A DNA stretch of 64,000 nt. It comes from an uncultured bacterium (GTDB lineage Bacteria; Verrucomicrobiota; Verrucomicrobiia; Verrucomicrobiales; V1-33). This document shows, one piece after another, positions 18,698-28,879 of this stretch. The stretch is taken from the NCBI GenBank assembly GCA_903954065.1, contig CAJBME010000240.1, positions 8,732 to 72,731 on the forward strand, given 5' to 3'. The position numbers were made by a program, and so were the translations under genes. The first letter of the stretch is position 1; the number at the start of each line of letters is the position of its first letter. A model generated the notes under the pieces. That model was not told the origin of the DNA. It did no database searches and saw nothing but the letters and a program-made list of their open reading frames with translations.

Positions 18698-19927
18698 ATG
18701 GCGGCCCCTTCCCCGCCTGCCCCAGCTTTGCTCATGAGAGACCGCCCCATCACGCGACTATCCGTCCGCCGGGTGTACCTCGCCGCGGCCATCCTCCTGG
18801 CCGCGAGCCCGCAGGCCTGCCGCCCAGCGGCCAAATCCGCGGCCCTGCCTGCCGCCCCGCCCGCGGTCACCGTGGCGGCACCAGTCAGCCGAACCATCAC
18901 CGAATGGAATGAATTCTCCGGGCGTCTGGCCTCGCCCGCTCGGGTCGAAATCAGAGCCCGCGTCTCCGGACACCTTGACACCGTCCACTTTAAAGAAGGC
19001 TCGGTCGTGCAGCAAGGGGACCTGCTGTTCACGATCGACCCGCGCCCGTATGCGGTGGAAGCAGCCCGTCTGCAGGCCGACGTCGAGCGAATGAGGACGC
19101 GGGTGGACCTGGCCCGCATTGAGTCACGCAACGCCGAACAACTGCGCGCCTCAGCGGCCATTTCCAACGAAGAAATGGAGCGACGCTTCAAGGCGCTGGG
19201 TGAAACCCTCGGCTCTGTCAAAGCTGCCGAAGCCGCGCTGGAAGCGGCGCAGCTCGACCTCAAGTTTACGGAAGTGCGGTCGCCCATCACCGGGCGCATC
19301 AGCAATGCCCGAGTCACCGCCGGAAATCTAGTCCGAGGCGGCACCCAGGAAACGACCCTGCTGACCACCGTGGTCGCCCTCGACCCGATTCATTGCTACT
19401 TTGAGGTCGATGAACGCTCGGCGTTAAAATACCGGGACCTAATTCGTTCGGGACAACTCCCTCACGCGCTGGATGGCGGTATGCCAGCCGAAATGGGACT
19501 GGCCGATCAGGCGGATTTCTCGCATCAGGGGGTGGTCGATTTCATGGACAACGAGTTGGCGCCGGGCACGGGCACTCTTCGCGCCCGCGGTGTTTTCCCC
19601 AATCCCGACCGGTTGATGGTTCCGGGATTTTTTGCGCGGGTGCGCATTCCTGGAAGTGAAGCCCGCGAGACGTTGTTGATCCGCGATCAAGCCGTCAGTG
19701 ATGATCAGGGCCGGAGTTTTGTCTGGGTGGTGGGGCCGGATAACACTGCGATCTATCGTCCGGTCGTGCTCGGCCCGAAAACCGACGGTCTCAGAATCGT
19801 GCGCGACGGGCTTGCCGCCGGAGAACGCGTGGTCATCAATGGCGCAATGGCCGTGCGCGCCGGCGCCAAAGTGACCGCCACCGACGGGACCATGGATCCC
19901 GCTCCACCCTCCACCCCAAAGCCGTGA
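18698..19927 (+). CDS. RND efflux periplasmic adaptor (membrane fusion protein)
   Basis: EFSGRLASPARVEIRARVSGHLDTVHFKEGSVVQQGDLLFTIDPRPY and LDLKFTEVRSPITGRIS match the HlyD/AcrA family pattern. Confidence 0.92.
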   Translation: MAAPSPPAPALLMRDRPITRLSVRRVYLAAAILLAASPQACRPAAKSAALPAAPPAVTVAAPVSRTITEWNEFSGRLASPARVEIRARVSGHLDTVHFKEGSVVQQGDLLFTIDPRPYAVEAARLQADVERMRTRVDLARIESRNAEQLRASAAISNEEMERRFKALGETLGSVKAAEAALEAAQLDLKFTEVRSPITGRISNARVTAGNLVRGGTQETTLLTTVVALDPIHCYFEVDERSALKYRDLIRSGQLPHALDGGMPAEMGLADQADFSHQGVVDFMDNELAPGTGTLRARGVFPNPDRLMVPGFFARVRIPGSEARETLLIRDQAVSDDQGRSFVWVVGPDNTAIYRPVVLGPKTDGLRIVRDGLAAGERVVINGAMAVRAGAKVTATDGTMDPAPPSTPKP

Positions 19928-19934
19928 ACGGCTT

Positions 19935-22900
19935 ATGAATTTCGCCCGCTACTTCGTGGACCGGCCGATTTTTGCCGGGGTCCTCAGCATCCTCATCACT
20001 CTGATCGGGGCCTTGGCGTACTTCCGGCTGCCGGTCACCCAGTACCCGGAAGTCGTCCCTCCCACCGTCGTCGTCAACGCCAGCTACCCGGGAGCCGATG
20101 CCAAAACGCTCGCCGAAACCGTAGCCACTCCGCTCGAGCAGGAAATCAACGGCGTGGAAAACATGCTGTATGTGTCGTCGTCGTCGACGGCTGACGGCCG
20201 AGTCCAAATCACCGTCACTTTCAAACTCGGCACCGACCTGAATCAGGCTCAGGTTCTCGTACAAAACCGGCTGAATGCCACCCTACCGCGCTTGCCCGAA
20301 GAAGTGCGCCGCCTCGGCGTGACCGCACAAAAACGCTCGCCAGACCTCACTCTGACCGCCCAGTTCTTCAGCCCCGATGGCTCGCGCGACGTCTCCTACC
20401 TCGCCAATTACGTCACCCTGCAGGTTCAGAATGAAATCGCCCGCCTGCCAGGCGTGGCCGAAGCCTCCATGCTCGGCGGTCTGGATTATTCCATGCGCCT
20501 CTGGCTCGACCCGGAAAAAGTCGCCGCCCTCGGACTGAACGCCGGCGATGTCATCCGCGCCGTGCGCGAACAAAACGTCCAGGTCGCCGCCGGCAGTCTA
20601 GGCCAGCCTCCCACCCCCGCCGGGGTCGACTTCCAATACACCCTGACCGCACCAGGTCGGCTGAAAACTCCCGAAGAATTCGGCCACATCGTCCTCAAAA
20701 CCGGCGACCACGGTGAAGTCGCCCGCTTGAGCGACGTCGCCCGCATCGAGCTGGGCTCCCGCGATTATGCCACCCATACCTACATGGATGGGAAAAATGC
20801 CGTCTCCCTGCGCGTCTTTCAACTGCCCGGCAGCAACGCCCTCGACACCGCCGATGCCGTCTACACTGCCATCCAGCGGCTAAAAAAACGGTTTCCGCCC
20901 GGCGTTGATTACCGAATCAACTACGACACCACAAAATTCGTCCGCTCCTCCATCCAGTCGGTACTGCACACCCTGCTGGAGGCCGTCCTGCTCGTGGTCG
21001 TCGTGGTCATTCTTTTTCTGCAAACATGGCGCGCGTCCATCATCCCACTGCTGGCCGTGCCCGTCTCACTCATCGGCACCCTCGCCGTCACGCATGCGCT
21101 GGGGTTTTCACTGAACAATCTCTCGCTCTTCGGACTCGTGCTTTCAATCGGCATCGTGGTCGATGACGCCATTGTCGTGGTGGAAAACATTGAACGCAAT
21201 GTGGCGGCTGGCTTGAGCCCGCGCGACGCCGCGCGCAAAGCGATGGACGAAGTGAGCGGAGCGGTCATTGCCGTCGCGCTCGTCCTTTGCGCGGTCTTTA
21301 TTCCCACCGCCTTCATCAGCGGCATTACCGGCCAGTTTTACCGTCAATTCGCACTGACGATTGCTGTGTCCACGGTCATTTCCGCCTTCAACTCGCTCAC
21401 GCTATCACCGGCGCTGGGGGCGCTCTTGATTCGTCCGCACCATCACCGCACCGATATACTAACCCGCGTGCTCAATAAGCTGCTGGGATGGTTTTTCCGC
21501 CGCTTTAACCGCTCGTTCGACTGGGCTGCTCAGGCCTATGCCGGCGGGGTGCGGCGGCTGCTCCGAGGCACCACCGTCGTCCTGACGGCCTATGTTGCCC
21601 TGATTGGCCTCGGGGCCTGGCTCTTTCGCACCGTCCCCGGCGGATTCATTCCGGCCCAAGACATGGGGTACATGATCGCCGTTATCCAGCTGCCCGACGC
21701 CGCATCGCTGGCCCGAACCGATGAAGTCGTCCGGCGCGTCGACGAAATAGCCCGCCAGACGCCGGGCATCGCTCACACCTTCGCCCTTTCCGGCTATTCC
21801 TCCGTTCTCCAAGCCAGCCAGTCAAACCTCGGAGCCGCATTCTTCATCCTCGATGACTTTGATCAACGCACTTCCCCGGAACTGCAAGCCGACCGCCTGA
21901 CCGCCACTCTCCGCCAGAAATTCTCCGCCATTCAAGAAGCCCGGGTCATCGTCCTCCCACCCCCAGCCCTGCGCGGCCTGGGCAACGCCGGCGGCTTTAA
22001 AATTCAAGTCCAAGACCTGAACAACGCCGGATTGCCCGCCCTCGAGGCCGCCACCCAAAAACTCCTCGCCGCCGCTCAAAAAGATCCCCTGCTCACCTCC
22101 CTCATCACCGGGTTCCGCGCCAATTCACCGCAATTTCACATCGATCTGGATCGCGCCCAAGCCAAAACCATGGGCGTCTCGCTGGCCGATATCAACGAAG
22201 CCCTTCAAGTGTATCTCGGGTCGTCCTACGTCAATGACTTCAACCTCTTCGGACGCACCTACCAAGTGACCGCCCAAGCGGACCCCGCCTTCCGCACCAG
22301 CCCGTCCGATCTGGCCCGCATCAAAGTGCGCAATCAAGACGGTGACATGGTGCCGCTCAGCGCCGTCACCACCGTTCTCAAAAATGGCGGAGCCGATCGC
22401 GTCCAACGCTACAACCTCTACTACTCATCCGATATCTCCGGCACCGTCACCCCAGGCGTCAGCTCCAGCCAGATGATCCATCGCGTCGAACAACTCGCCC
22501 AAGAACACCTGCCCGAAGGATTCACCTTCGCCTGGACGGACTTGACCTATCAGCAAATCCTCGCCGGACAGTCCATCAACTTCATCTTCCCTCTCTGCAT
22601 CCTCTTCGTCTTCCTCGTGCTGGCCGCCCTCTACGAAAGCTGGAGCCTGCCGCTCGCCATCATCCTCATCGTCCCCATGTGCCTGCTCTCCGCCATCGGA
22701 GGCGTCTGGCTGCTCAATCGAGATAATAATATCTTCACCCAAATCGGCCTGGTCGTGCTCGTCGGCCTAGCCGCCAAAAACGCCATCCTGATCGTCGAAT
22801 TTGCCAGACAAGCGCAAAATGCCGGCATGGACCGCACCCATGCCGCCGTCGAAGCCTGCCGCCTCCGGCTTCGCCCCATCCTCATGACCAGCTTCGCCTT

Positions 22901-23087
22901 CATCCTCGGCGTGCTTCCACTCGTACTGGCCCGCGGCGCCGGCGCCGAAATGCGCCAAGCCCTCGGGACCGCCGTCTTCTTCGGGATGCTCGGAGTCACC
23001 CTCTTCGGCCTGCTCTTCACTCCCGTGTTTTACGTCACCATCCGCCGATGGGTGGAACGCCGAACACCGCCAACCCCAGACGCCTGA
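19935..23087 (+). CDS. RND multidrug efflux permease (AcrB/HAE1-like)
   Basis: 1050 aa. MNFARYFVDRPIFAGVLSILITLIGALAYFRLPVTQYPEV plus 12-TM RND architecture motifs (VVDDAIVVVENIER, GLAAKNAILIVEFA). Confidence 0.95.
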   Translation: MNFARYFVDRPIFAGVLSILITLIGALAYFRLPVTQYPEVVPPTVVVNASYPGADAKTLAETVATPLEQEINGVENMLYVSSSSTADGRVQITVTFKLGTDLNQAQVLVQNRLNATLPRLPEEVRRLGVTAQKRSPDLTLTAQFFSPDGSRDVSYLANYVTLQVQNEIARLPGVAEASMLGGLDYSMRLWLDPEKVAALGLNAGDVIRAVREQNVQVAAGSLGQPPTPAGVDFQYTLTAPGRLKTPEEFGHIVLKTGDHGEVARLSDVARIELGSRDYATHTYMDGKNAVSLRVFQLPGSNALDTADAVYTAIQRLKKRFPPGVDYRINYDTTKFVRSSIQSVLHTLLEAVLLVVVVVILFLQTWRASIIPLLAVPVSLIGTLAVTHALGFSLNNLSLFGLVLSIGIVVDDAIVVVENIERNVAAGLSPRDAARKAMDEVSGAVIAVALVLCAVFIPTAFISGITGQFYRQFALTIAVSTVISAFNSLTLSPALGALLIRPHHHRTDILTRVLNKLLGWFFRRFNRSFDWAAQAYAGGVRRLLRGTTVVLTAYVALIGLGAWLFRTVPGGFIPAQDMGYMIAVIQLPDAASLARTDEVVRRVDEIARQTPGIAHTFALSGYSSVLQASQSNLGAAFFILDDFDQRTSPELQADRLTATLRQKFSAIQEARVIVLPPPALRGLGNAGGFKIQVQDLNNAGLPALEAATQKLLAAAQKDPLLTSLITGFRANSPQFHIDLDRAQAKTMGVSLADINEALQVYLGSSYVNDFNLFGRTYQVTAQADPAFRTSPSDLARIKVRNQDGDMVPLSAVTTVLKNGGADRVQRYNLYYSSDISGTVTPGVSSSQMIHRVEQLAQEHLPEGFTFAWTDLTYQQILAGQSINFIFPLCILFVFLVLAALYESWSLPLAIILIVPMCLLSAIGGVWLLNRDNNIFTQIGLVVLVGLAAKNAILIVEFARQAQNAGMDRTHAAVEACRLRLRPILMTSFAFILGVLPLVLARGAGAEMRQALGTAVFFGMLGVTLFGLLFTPVFYVTIRRWVERRTPPTPDA

Positions 23088-23182
23088 TAGCCCGCAACAT
23101 TCGCGCTGTCCCCGACGTGCGCGAGCTTATACGTTTTCACCCGCGGACTCGACAGACTGCCAATCAGGGGCATGGATAAGGG

Positions 23183-24535
23183 GTGGTATTTTCTGACGAT
23201 ACGATTGCGGCGGTGGCAACACCCTTTGGACAGGGAGCGATCTCAATGCTCCGGCTGAGCGGACCGAGGGCCCGAGAAATTTTCGCGAGGTGCTGGCGCG
23301 GACCGGTGTTGGATGATCCGCGGCGATCGGTGCTCGGCCGGATCGTTCGAGTGCAAGCGGACGGCGGACGAGCGGTAGTGGACGAAGGACTGGCCGTGTT
23401 TTTTGCCGGACCGGCCAGCTATACGGGGGAGGATGTCATCGAATTTTCCGGCCATGGTGGGGTGTTAGTGACGCGGCGCGTCTTGGATGCGGTACTGGCC
23501 GCCGGGGCGCGGCTGGCGGATCCGGGAGAATTCACCCAGCGCGCCTTCCTCCATGGCCGGCTGGACCTGACGCAGGCGGAGGCCGTGATGGACCTCATCT
23601 CAGCGCAGACTGACTTGGCACTGCAAGCCGCTCATGAGCAGCTAGCGGGGCGACTTGGCGAAAGATTGCTGGCTCTGCGCGGGGAGGTCTTGGGCCTACT
23701 GGCGCATGTCGAGGCCTTTATTGATTTCCCGGAGGAGGACATTGATCCTGATACGGGGGCGGTTTTGGTGGCGCGTCTGGACGCCGCCCGCGAGGCGGTG
23801 CATCGTCTGCTCGCCACGGCTGATCAGGGACGCGTGCTCCGTGATGGCGTGCGCACGGCTATTGTCGGCCCTCCCAACGTCGGCAAATCCAGCCTGCTCA
23901 ATCGCCTGCTTGGGTTTGACCGCGCCATTGTCAGTGATATTGCCGGCACTACCCGCGATACCCTTGAAGAAGTGATTAACCTGCGCGGCCTGCCGCTGCG
24001 GTTGATCGACACCGCCGGCCTCCGCGAATCTGATGACGTGCTCGAACGCGCCGGCATCGAACGCTCACATGCCGCCCTCGCCGGCGCCGGACTCGTCCTC
24101 GAAGTAGCCGACGGCTCGCAGCCGAAATCCCAGCCGACCACCGTCACTAACCCCGGCACCCCACATTTGCTCGTCCTCAACAAGGCGGATCTCGGCGAAG
24201 ATCCATCGTGGCACGGCACCGCCGCCATTCGCGTTTCATGCTCCAGCGGCGAAGGAATGGAGGCGCTTGCCGCAGCCATCGAATCATTGCTCACAGGAGG
24301 CGCCGTCACCTGGAACGCCGACCTCGTCTCCATCAACGCTCGCCATCAGGCCTGCCTGCAGGAGGCTCGCACCGCCCTCGATGCCGCACGCGACCTGCTC
24401 GTCACCAGCCAACCACCCGAACTGGCCGCAGAAGAACTCCGCGCCGCCATGCAAGCCATCGGCACCGTCGTCGGCCAGACCAACCCCGAGGAACTGCTCG
24501 GCCTCATCTTCGGGCAGTTCTGCATCGGGAAATAA
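23183..24535 (+). CDS. mnmE: tRNA uridine-5-carboxymethylaminomethyl modification GTPase MnmE
   Basis: GTG start. DTIAAVATPFGQGAISMLRLSG, G1 motif GPPNVGKSSLLN, DTAGLRE, NKADL, and a C-terminal CIGK tail. Confidence 0.95.
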   Translation: MVFSDDTIAAVATPFGQGAISMLRLSGPRAREIFARCWRGPVLDDPRRSVLGRIVRVQADGGRAVVDEGLAVFFAGPASYTGEDVIEFSGHGGVLVTRRVLDAVLAAGARLADPGEFTQRAFLHGRLDLTQAEAVMDLISAQTDLALQAAHEQLAGRLGERLLALRGEVLGLLAHVEAFIDFPEEDIDPDTGAVLVARLDAAREAVHRLLATADQGRVLRDGVRTAIVGPPNVGKSSLLNRLLGFDRAIVSDIAGTTRDTLEEVINLRGLPLRLIDTAGLRESDDVLERAGIERSHAALAGAGLVLEVADGSQPKSQPTTVTNPGTPHLLVLNKADLGEDPSWHGTAAIRVSCSSGEGMEALAAAIESLLTGGAVTWNADLVSINARHQACLQEARTALDAARDLLVTSQPPELAAEELRAAMQAIGTVVGQTNPEELLGLIFGQFCIGK

Positions 24536-24547
24536 TCCCGGCCGAGC

Positions 24548-26119
24548 ATGAACCCAGCCGCCACTGACATGACCAACGTCCCCCTCCCCCTCAACCAGCA
24601 GCTGCACCGGGAAATTCTCATGGCCCGGGAACGCGTATACCGGTTTGGCCAGCCGACGCCGATGGAAAGACTCATCCTGCCCGGCCCAGAACCACAACCC
24701 GAGATCTGGGCCAAACGGGAGGACCTCTCCGCGGTCAAGTCGTATAAATGGCGTGGCGCCTGTAACCGCATGGCCCAACTGACCGCGGAACAGGCGGTTC
24801 GCGGCGTAGTGACCGCTTCCGCCGGCAATCACGCCCAAGGAGTGGCTCTAGCAGCGCAGGCTCTAGGCATCCACGCCCGGATCTTTATGCCGCGGTCTAC
24901 ACCGCGAATCAAACAGCAGGCGGTGCGCCACCACGGTGGTAGCTGGGTAGAAATTGTCTTGTCTGGTGATAGTTACGATGAGGCCGTCACCGCAGCCCGC
25001 GACGATGAACGCGCCCGCGGGGCGGTTTATGTCCATGCTTATGACGATCTGCACGTCATGGCGGGCCAAGGCACGCTGGCGGACGAAGTCGTCCTCTCCG
25101 GCCATGGCCCGTTTGACACAGCCTTTTTGCAAGTCGGCGGTGGTGGCATGACCGCCGGCGTCTCCACCTGGCTGCATTCCTACTGGCCGGACCTTGAATT
25201 AGTCGGCGTCGAAGGCGTCGGACAGGCGTCCATGCGCGCGGCCCTGACCGCCGGACACCCCGTCGCCCTGCCCGAGCTCGATATTTTTTGCGACGGAACC
25301 GCCGTCCGACAAGCGGGAGCCCTGCCGTTCGCCGTCTGCCGCCACACCCTGACCCGCACGGAAACCGTGACCAATGGCGAAGTCAGCCGAGCCATCCGCA
25401 TGTTGTGGGAATCATTGCGGTGCATCTCCGAACCGTCCGGAGCCTTGGGACTGGCCGCTGTCATCAAAAACCGGGCCGCCCTCGCCCACAAAAAAGTCCT
25501 CCTCATCATCACCGGAGCCAATATCGATTTCCTGCAACTCGGCCTGATCGCCCAATCGGAAGGCGCCGCCAGCCTGGCCTCGCGCACCCTGCGCATCCAG
25601 CTGCAAGAACGCCGCGGTACCATGCTCGAATTGCTGGATTCCTGCTTCACCGGTCTCAACATCGCCGACTTTCAATACGGCAAAAATCACGAAACCAGCG
25701 CCTGGCCGGTCTTTACCATCACCGCCGAAGACCCCGCCGTCCTCGCCGAGCTTCCCGCGCGCCTCGAGGCCCGGGGTTTTTCATGGGAGGACTTGACGGG
25801 CGCCACCGACGTTCTGTTCCGGGCCATCCCGTTGCGCGGTGACTTGTTGCGCTGTCCGCTCTTTCTGCGGCTTGATTTTTATGAACGGCCCGGCGCCTTG
25901 CATGATTTTCTGGACGCGGTCATCCGCGGCCGGGCCAGTCTGTGTTATTTCAATTACCGCCAGTCGGGTGAACGCATCGGCCGCGCGTTGATTGGCCTTG
26001 ATTTTGAAGAGTATACCCAGCGAGATAGCTTTCTGGCGGCATTGCCGTCGCAGGGCAGCGGGTACCGTTCATGCCAGCCAGTGGATGCCGCCACCGCGCT
26101 CCGGCTGACCCAAAGCTGA
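24548..26119 (+). CDS. ilvA: threonine ammonia-lyase (biosynthetic, long form with C-terminal regulatory domains)
   Basis: KREDLSAVKSYKWRGA, ASAGNHAQGVALAA and ITGANIDF, followed by ~180 aa of ACT-like C-terminus. 523 aa. Confidence 0.9.
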   Translation: MNPAATDMTNVPLPLNQQLHREILMARERVYRFGQPTPMERLILPGPEPQPEIWAKREDLSAVKSYKWRGACNRMAQLTAEQAVRGVVTASAGNHAQGVALAAQALGIHARIFMPRSTPRIKQQAVRHHGGSWVEIVLSGDSYDEAVTAARDDERARGAVYVHAYDDLHVMAGQGTLADEVVLSGHGPFDTAFLQVGGGGMTAGVSTWLHSYWPDLELVGVEGVGQASMRAALTAGHPVALPELDIFCDGTAVRQAGALPFAVCRHTLTRTETVTNGEVSRAIRMLWESLRCISEPSGALGLAAVIKNRAALAHKKVLLIITGANIDFLQLGLIAQSEGAASLASRTLRIQLQERRGTMLELLDSCFTGLNIADFQYGKNHETSAWPVFTITAEDPAVLAELPARLEARGFSWEDLTGATDVLFRAIPLRGDLLRCPLFLRLDFYERPGALHDFLDAVIRGRASLCYFNYRQSGERIGRALIGLDFEEYTQRDSFLAALPSQGSGYRSCQPVDAATALRLTQS

Positions 26120-26198
26120 CCCCCCCTCGCTCGTCCATCCACACGATGGGGGACAAGCCATTTGCCATCGCCAGCCCGCCCGCTAGTCTCCACCCATC

Positions 26199-27185
26199 AT
26201 GTCAGGAACCAATTTGTTTTCATGGACGGCCCTGTGTCTTGCCTTGTTCATCGCCGCCAGCACCGGGCGACTCCAGGCTCAGGGCGGAGTCATGGACGCC
26301 TACATCGTGGTCGACTCAAGCACAAAAAAAGTCCTCATGTCCGGCAACGCCGGAAAAAAACGCCCAGTGGCCAGCCTCACCAAAATTGCCACCGCCTGCG
26401 TCGTCATGGACTGGGCCGAACGCACCGGCGCCGACATGGGACAAAGAGCCGTCATCCCCACATCCACCACCGGCATGCAGCCAAACCCATTTGGCTTTGC
26501 TCCCGGCGATACCATCTCGCTCCGCGATGCCCTCAGCTGCGCCATGATGGGCAGTGACAACATCGCCGCCGAAACACTCGCTTGGTACGTCGGAGCAGAT
26601 ATCCAGTACCGCACCGGCAAAACCGGCTCGCCCTACGCCCTGTTCATCAAAGAAATGAACAGCCTCGCCGCCAGCCTGAACATGCGCGCCACCAACTTCC
26701 TCAACCCCCATGGCCTAGACAATACCCGCCAAGTGCCGCTCTCAACCGCCGCCGATATGGCGCGCCTCACCCTCTACGCCCAGAAAAAACCAGCCTTTAG
26801 CTTCTATACGTCACAAGCCGAAAGACGCATTACGTTCTACCGCAACGGGGTCGATAAACAAATGTTCGTCCTCAAAAATACCAATGCCTCCCTCGGACGG
26901 AATGGTATCGATGGCGTCAAAACCGGTACCACCCTCCGCGCCGGTCAATGCGTCATCCTCTCCGCCCCACGCAAAAACATCGTCGTGCGCCATAGCGAAG
27001 ACAATACCACCCTCTACCCACGCCGCCTCGTCGTCGTCGTCCTCGGATCGCAAAATCGCTTCGTCGATGCTGAATCATTACTCGATCAAGGCTGGAAACG
27101 GTACGATCAATGGCATACCTCTGGTCGCGTCATTGCCAATAGCTCGGAATTACTCGATCCCTCCACTCCCCCACCCGCCCGCTAA
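26199..27185 (+). CDS. D-alanyl-D-alanine carboxypeptidase (S11 serine peptidase, low-MW PBP)
   Basis: Signal-like N-terminus. SxxK (ASLTK), SxN (GSDN) and KTG (VKTGTT) boxes occur in the canonical order. Confidence 0.85.
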   Translation: MSGTNLFSWTALCLALFIAASTGRLQAQGGVMDAYIVVDSSTKKVLMSGNAGKKRPVASLTKIATACVVMDWAERTGADMGQRAVIPTSTTGMQPNPFGFAPGDTISLRDALSCAMMGSDNIAAETLAWYVGADIQYRTGKTGSPYALFIKEMNSLAASLNMRATNFLNPHGLDNTRQVPLSTAADMARLTLYAQKKPAFSFYTSQAERRITFYRNGVDKQMFVLKNTNASLGRNGIDGVKTGTTLRAGQCVILSAPRKNIVVRHSEDNTTLYPRRLVVVVLGSQNRFVDAESLLDQGWKRYDQWHTSGRVIANSSELLDPSTPPPAR

Positions 27186-27252
27186 TCACTGACACCACGT
27201 CATCACATTTTCTTCAGGACGGCACGCCGTCCGCTTTCTACCACCACCATCT

Positions 27253-28341
27253 ATGAGCGATAAAATCCGTATTGGAGTCTTGAACAGCGGCGGCGACTGC
27301 CCCGGTCTCAACGCCGTCATCCACGGTGTGACTGGAGCCGCCCATCAACTGGGCTGGGAAGTTGTCGGCTTCCGCGACGGCTTTGAAGGACTCCTGCCTC
27401 CCGGCAATCACATGATGTTGGACCCGATCAAAACAGCCGGCATCGCCAAACTCGGCGGTACCATCCTCGGGACCGTCAACAAAGGCCACTTCGTCTCCAT
27501 CATCGGCAAGGATAACGTCCAACGGGTCCCGTCCGAAATCATGGACCAGGCTAAAGCCACCCTCGAACGACTCGACGTGCGCGCCCTCATTGTCGTCGGA
27601 GGTGATGGATCCCTCACCACCGCCCTCCAGATCCAAAAGGAAGGAATGCCAGTGGTCGGCGTGCCCAAGACCATCGACAATGATCTCGAGGCGACCTCCA
27701 TGACCTTCGGATTCGACTCCGCCATCACCGCGGTGGTGGACGCTCTCGACCGCCTGAACACCACCGCCGACAGCCATAAACGCGTCATGGTCCTCGAGGT
27801 CATGGGTCGTCATGCCGGCTGGATCGCCCTCCACGGCGGCATTGCCGGGGGCGCCGACATCATCTTGATACCGGAAATCCCTTTTACTCACGAAAAAGTA
27901 GCCGAAGCCGTCCTCGATCGCGAGCGCCGTGGATACCACAGCACCCTGGTCGTCGTCGCCGAAGGCGCCTGCCCGGTGGGCGGCACCCTGACCGGTACCG
28001 ACATGGGCGGCAGCGGCCAGATCCGACTGAAAGGCGTGTCCGACGCCGTCGCTTATGAAATCGAGGCCCGCACCGGCAAAGAAACTCGCTCCTGCATCCT
28101 CGGCCACTTGCAACGCGGCGGCTCCCCCACTGCCCTCGACCGCATCCTCGGTATCCGCTTCGGCGTCAAAGCCGTCAGCCTGATCAAAGAAGGCCTCTTC
28201 GGCCACATGGTCAGTTACCAAAGCTACCACGTCGGCTCCGTCCCCATCGAAAAAGCCGTGGAAAAATTGCGGAACGTCGATCCCAATGGCGAGCTCGTCA
28301 CGTCCGCCAAAGCCATTGGCATCAGCTTCGGTCACCCCTAG
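27253..28341 (+). CDS. pfkA: 6-phosphofructokinase (ATP-type signature)
   Basis: IGVLNSGGDCPGLNAVI, VVGGDGSLT, VPKTIDNDL, MGRHAGWIAL, LGHLQRGG. Confidence 0.92.
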   Translation: MSDKIRIGVLNSGGDCPGLNAVIHGVTGAAHQLGWEVVGFRDGFEGLLPPGNHMMLDPIKTAGIAKLGGTILGTVNKGHFVSIIGKDNVQRVPSEIMDQAKATLERLDVRALIVVGGDGSLTTALQIQKEGMPVVGVPKTIDNDLEATSMTFGFDSAITAVVDALDRLNTTADSHKRVMVLEVMGRHAGWIALHGGIAGGADIILIPEIPFTHEKVAEAVLDRERRGYHSTLVVVAEGACPVGGTLTGTDMGGSGQIRLKGVSDAVAYEIEARTGKETRSCILGHLQRGGSPTALDRILGIRFGVKAVSLIKEGLFGHMVSYQSYHVGSVPIEKAVEKLRNVDPNGELVTSAKAIGISFGHP

Positions 28342-28359
28342 CCACCGCTACCGCCTGCC

Positions 28360-28839
28360 ATGTCCCCAGTCCTCAAACTCATCCAGACGAACGCCAAACT
28401 CAGCACCAGCGAGCTGGCGCAAATGCTGGCCCTCGATCCATCCGTGGTAGCCGCCCAGATCGCCCGATGGGAGCAGGACGGCACCATCATGGGATATCAG
28501 GCGATTCTGGACCCCGAGAAAAGCGGACATGAAGGCGTGACCGCACTCATCGAAGTAAAAATCCGCCCTGAGCGAGGCGGCGGGTTCGACCATTTGGCCG
28601 AACGCATCGCCAAATTCGACCAGGTGACCAGTTGCTACCTCATGAGCGGTGGGTACGACCTGTGCGTAGTCGTCACCGGCGACACCTTGCGCGAAGTCGC
28701 CCGATTTGTTGCCGAACGCCTCAGCACCATCGAAGGCGTGCTCAGCACGGCCACCCGGTTCCAGCTCAAGGTGTACAAGCAGAACGGTCTGCTGGCCCAC
28801 CAAGAGACTGGCAATGAACGACTCCCCGTCACGCCCTAA
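28360..28839 (+). CDS. Lrp/AsnC-family transcriptional regulator
   Basis: 159 aa with an N-terminal HTH (LIQTNAKLSTSELAQMLALDPSVVAAQIARWEQDGTI) and an RAM/AsnC_trans_reg C-terminus (TALIEVKI...CYLMSGGYDLCVVV). Confidence 0.9.
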   Translation: MSPVLKLIQTNAKLSTSELAQMLALDPSVVAAQIARWEQDGTIMGYQAILDPEKSGHEGVTALIEVKIRPERGGGFDHLAERIAKFDQVTSCYLMSGGYDLCVVVTGDTLREVARFVAERLSTIEGVLSTATRFQLKVYKQNGLLAHQETGNERLPVTP

Positions 28840-28879
28840 CCTGTTGGCGCGCGCGGACCACGCCCCGGGCGCGCGCTCA

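Noticed and set aside
27238-28335. 365-aa minus-strand ORF mirroring pfkA
   Set aside because: It is exactly antisense to a gene with complete PFK motifs. Its Asp/Gly/Ala-rich composition is characteristic of the reverse frame of GC-rich coding DNA.
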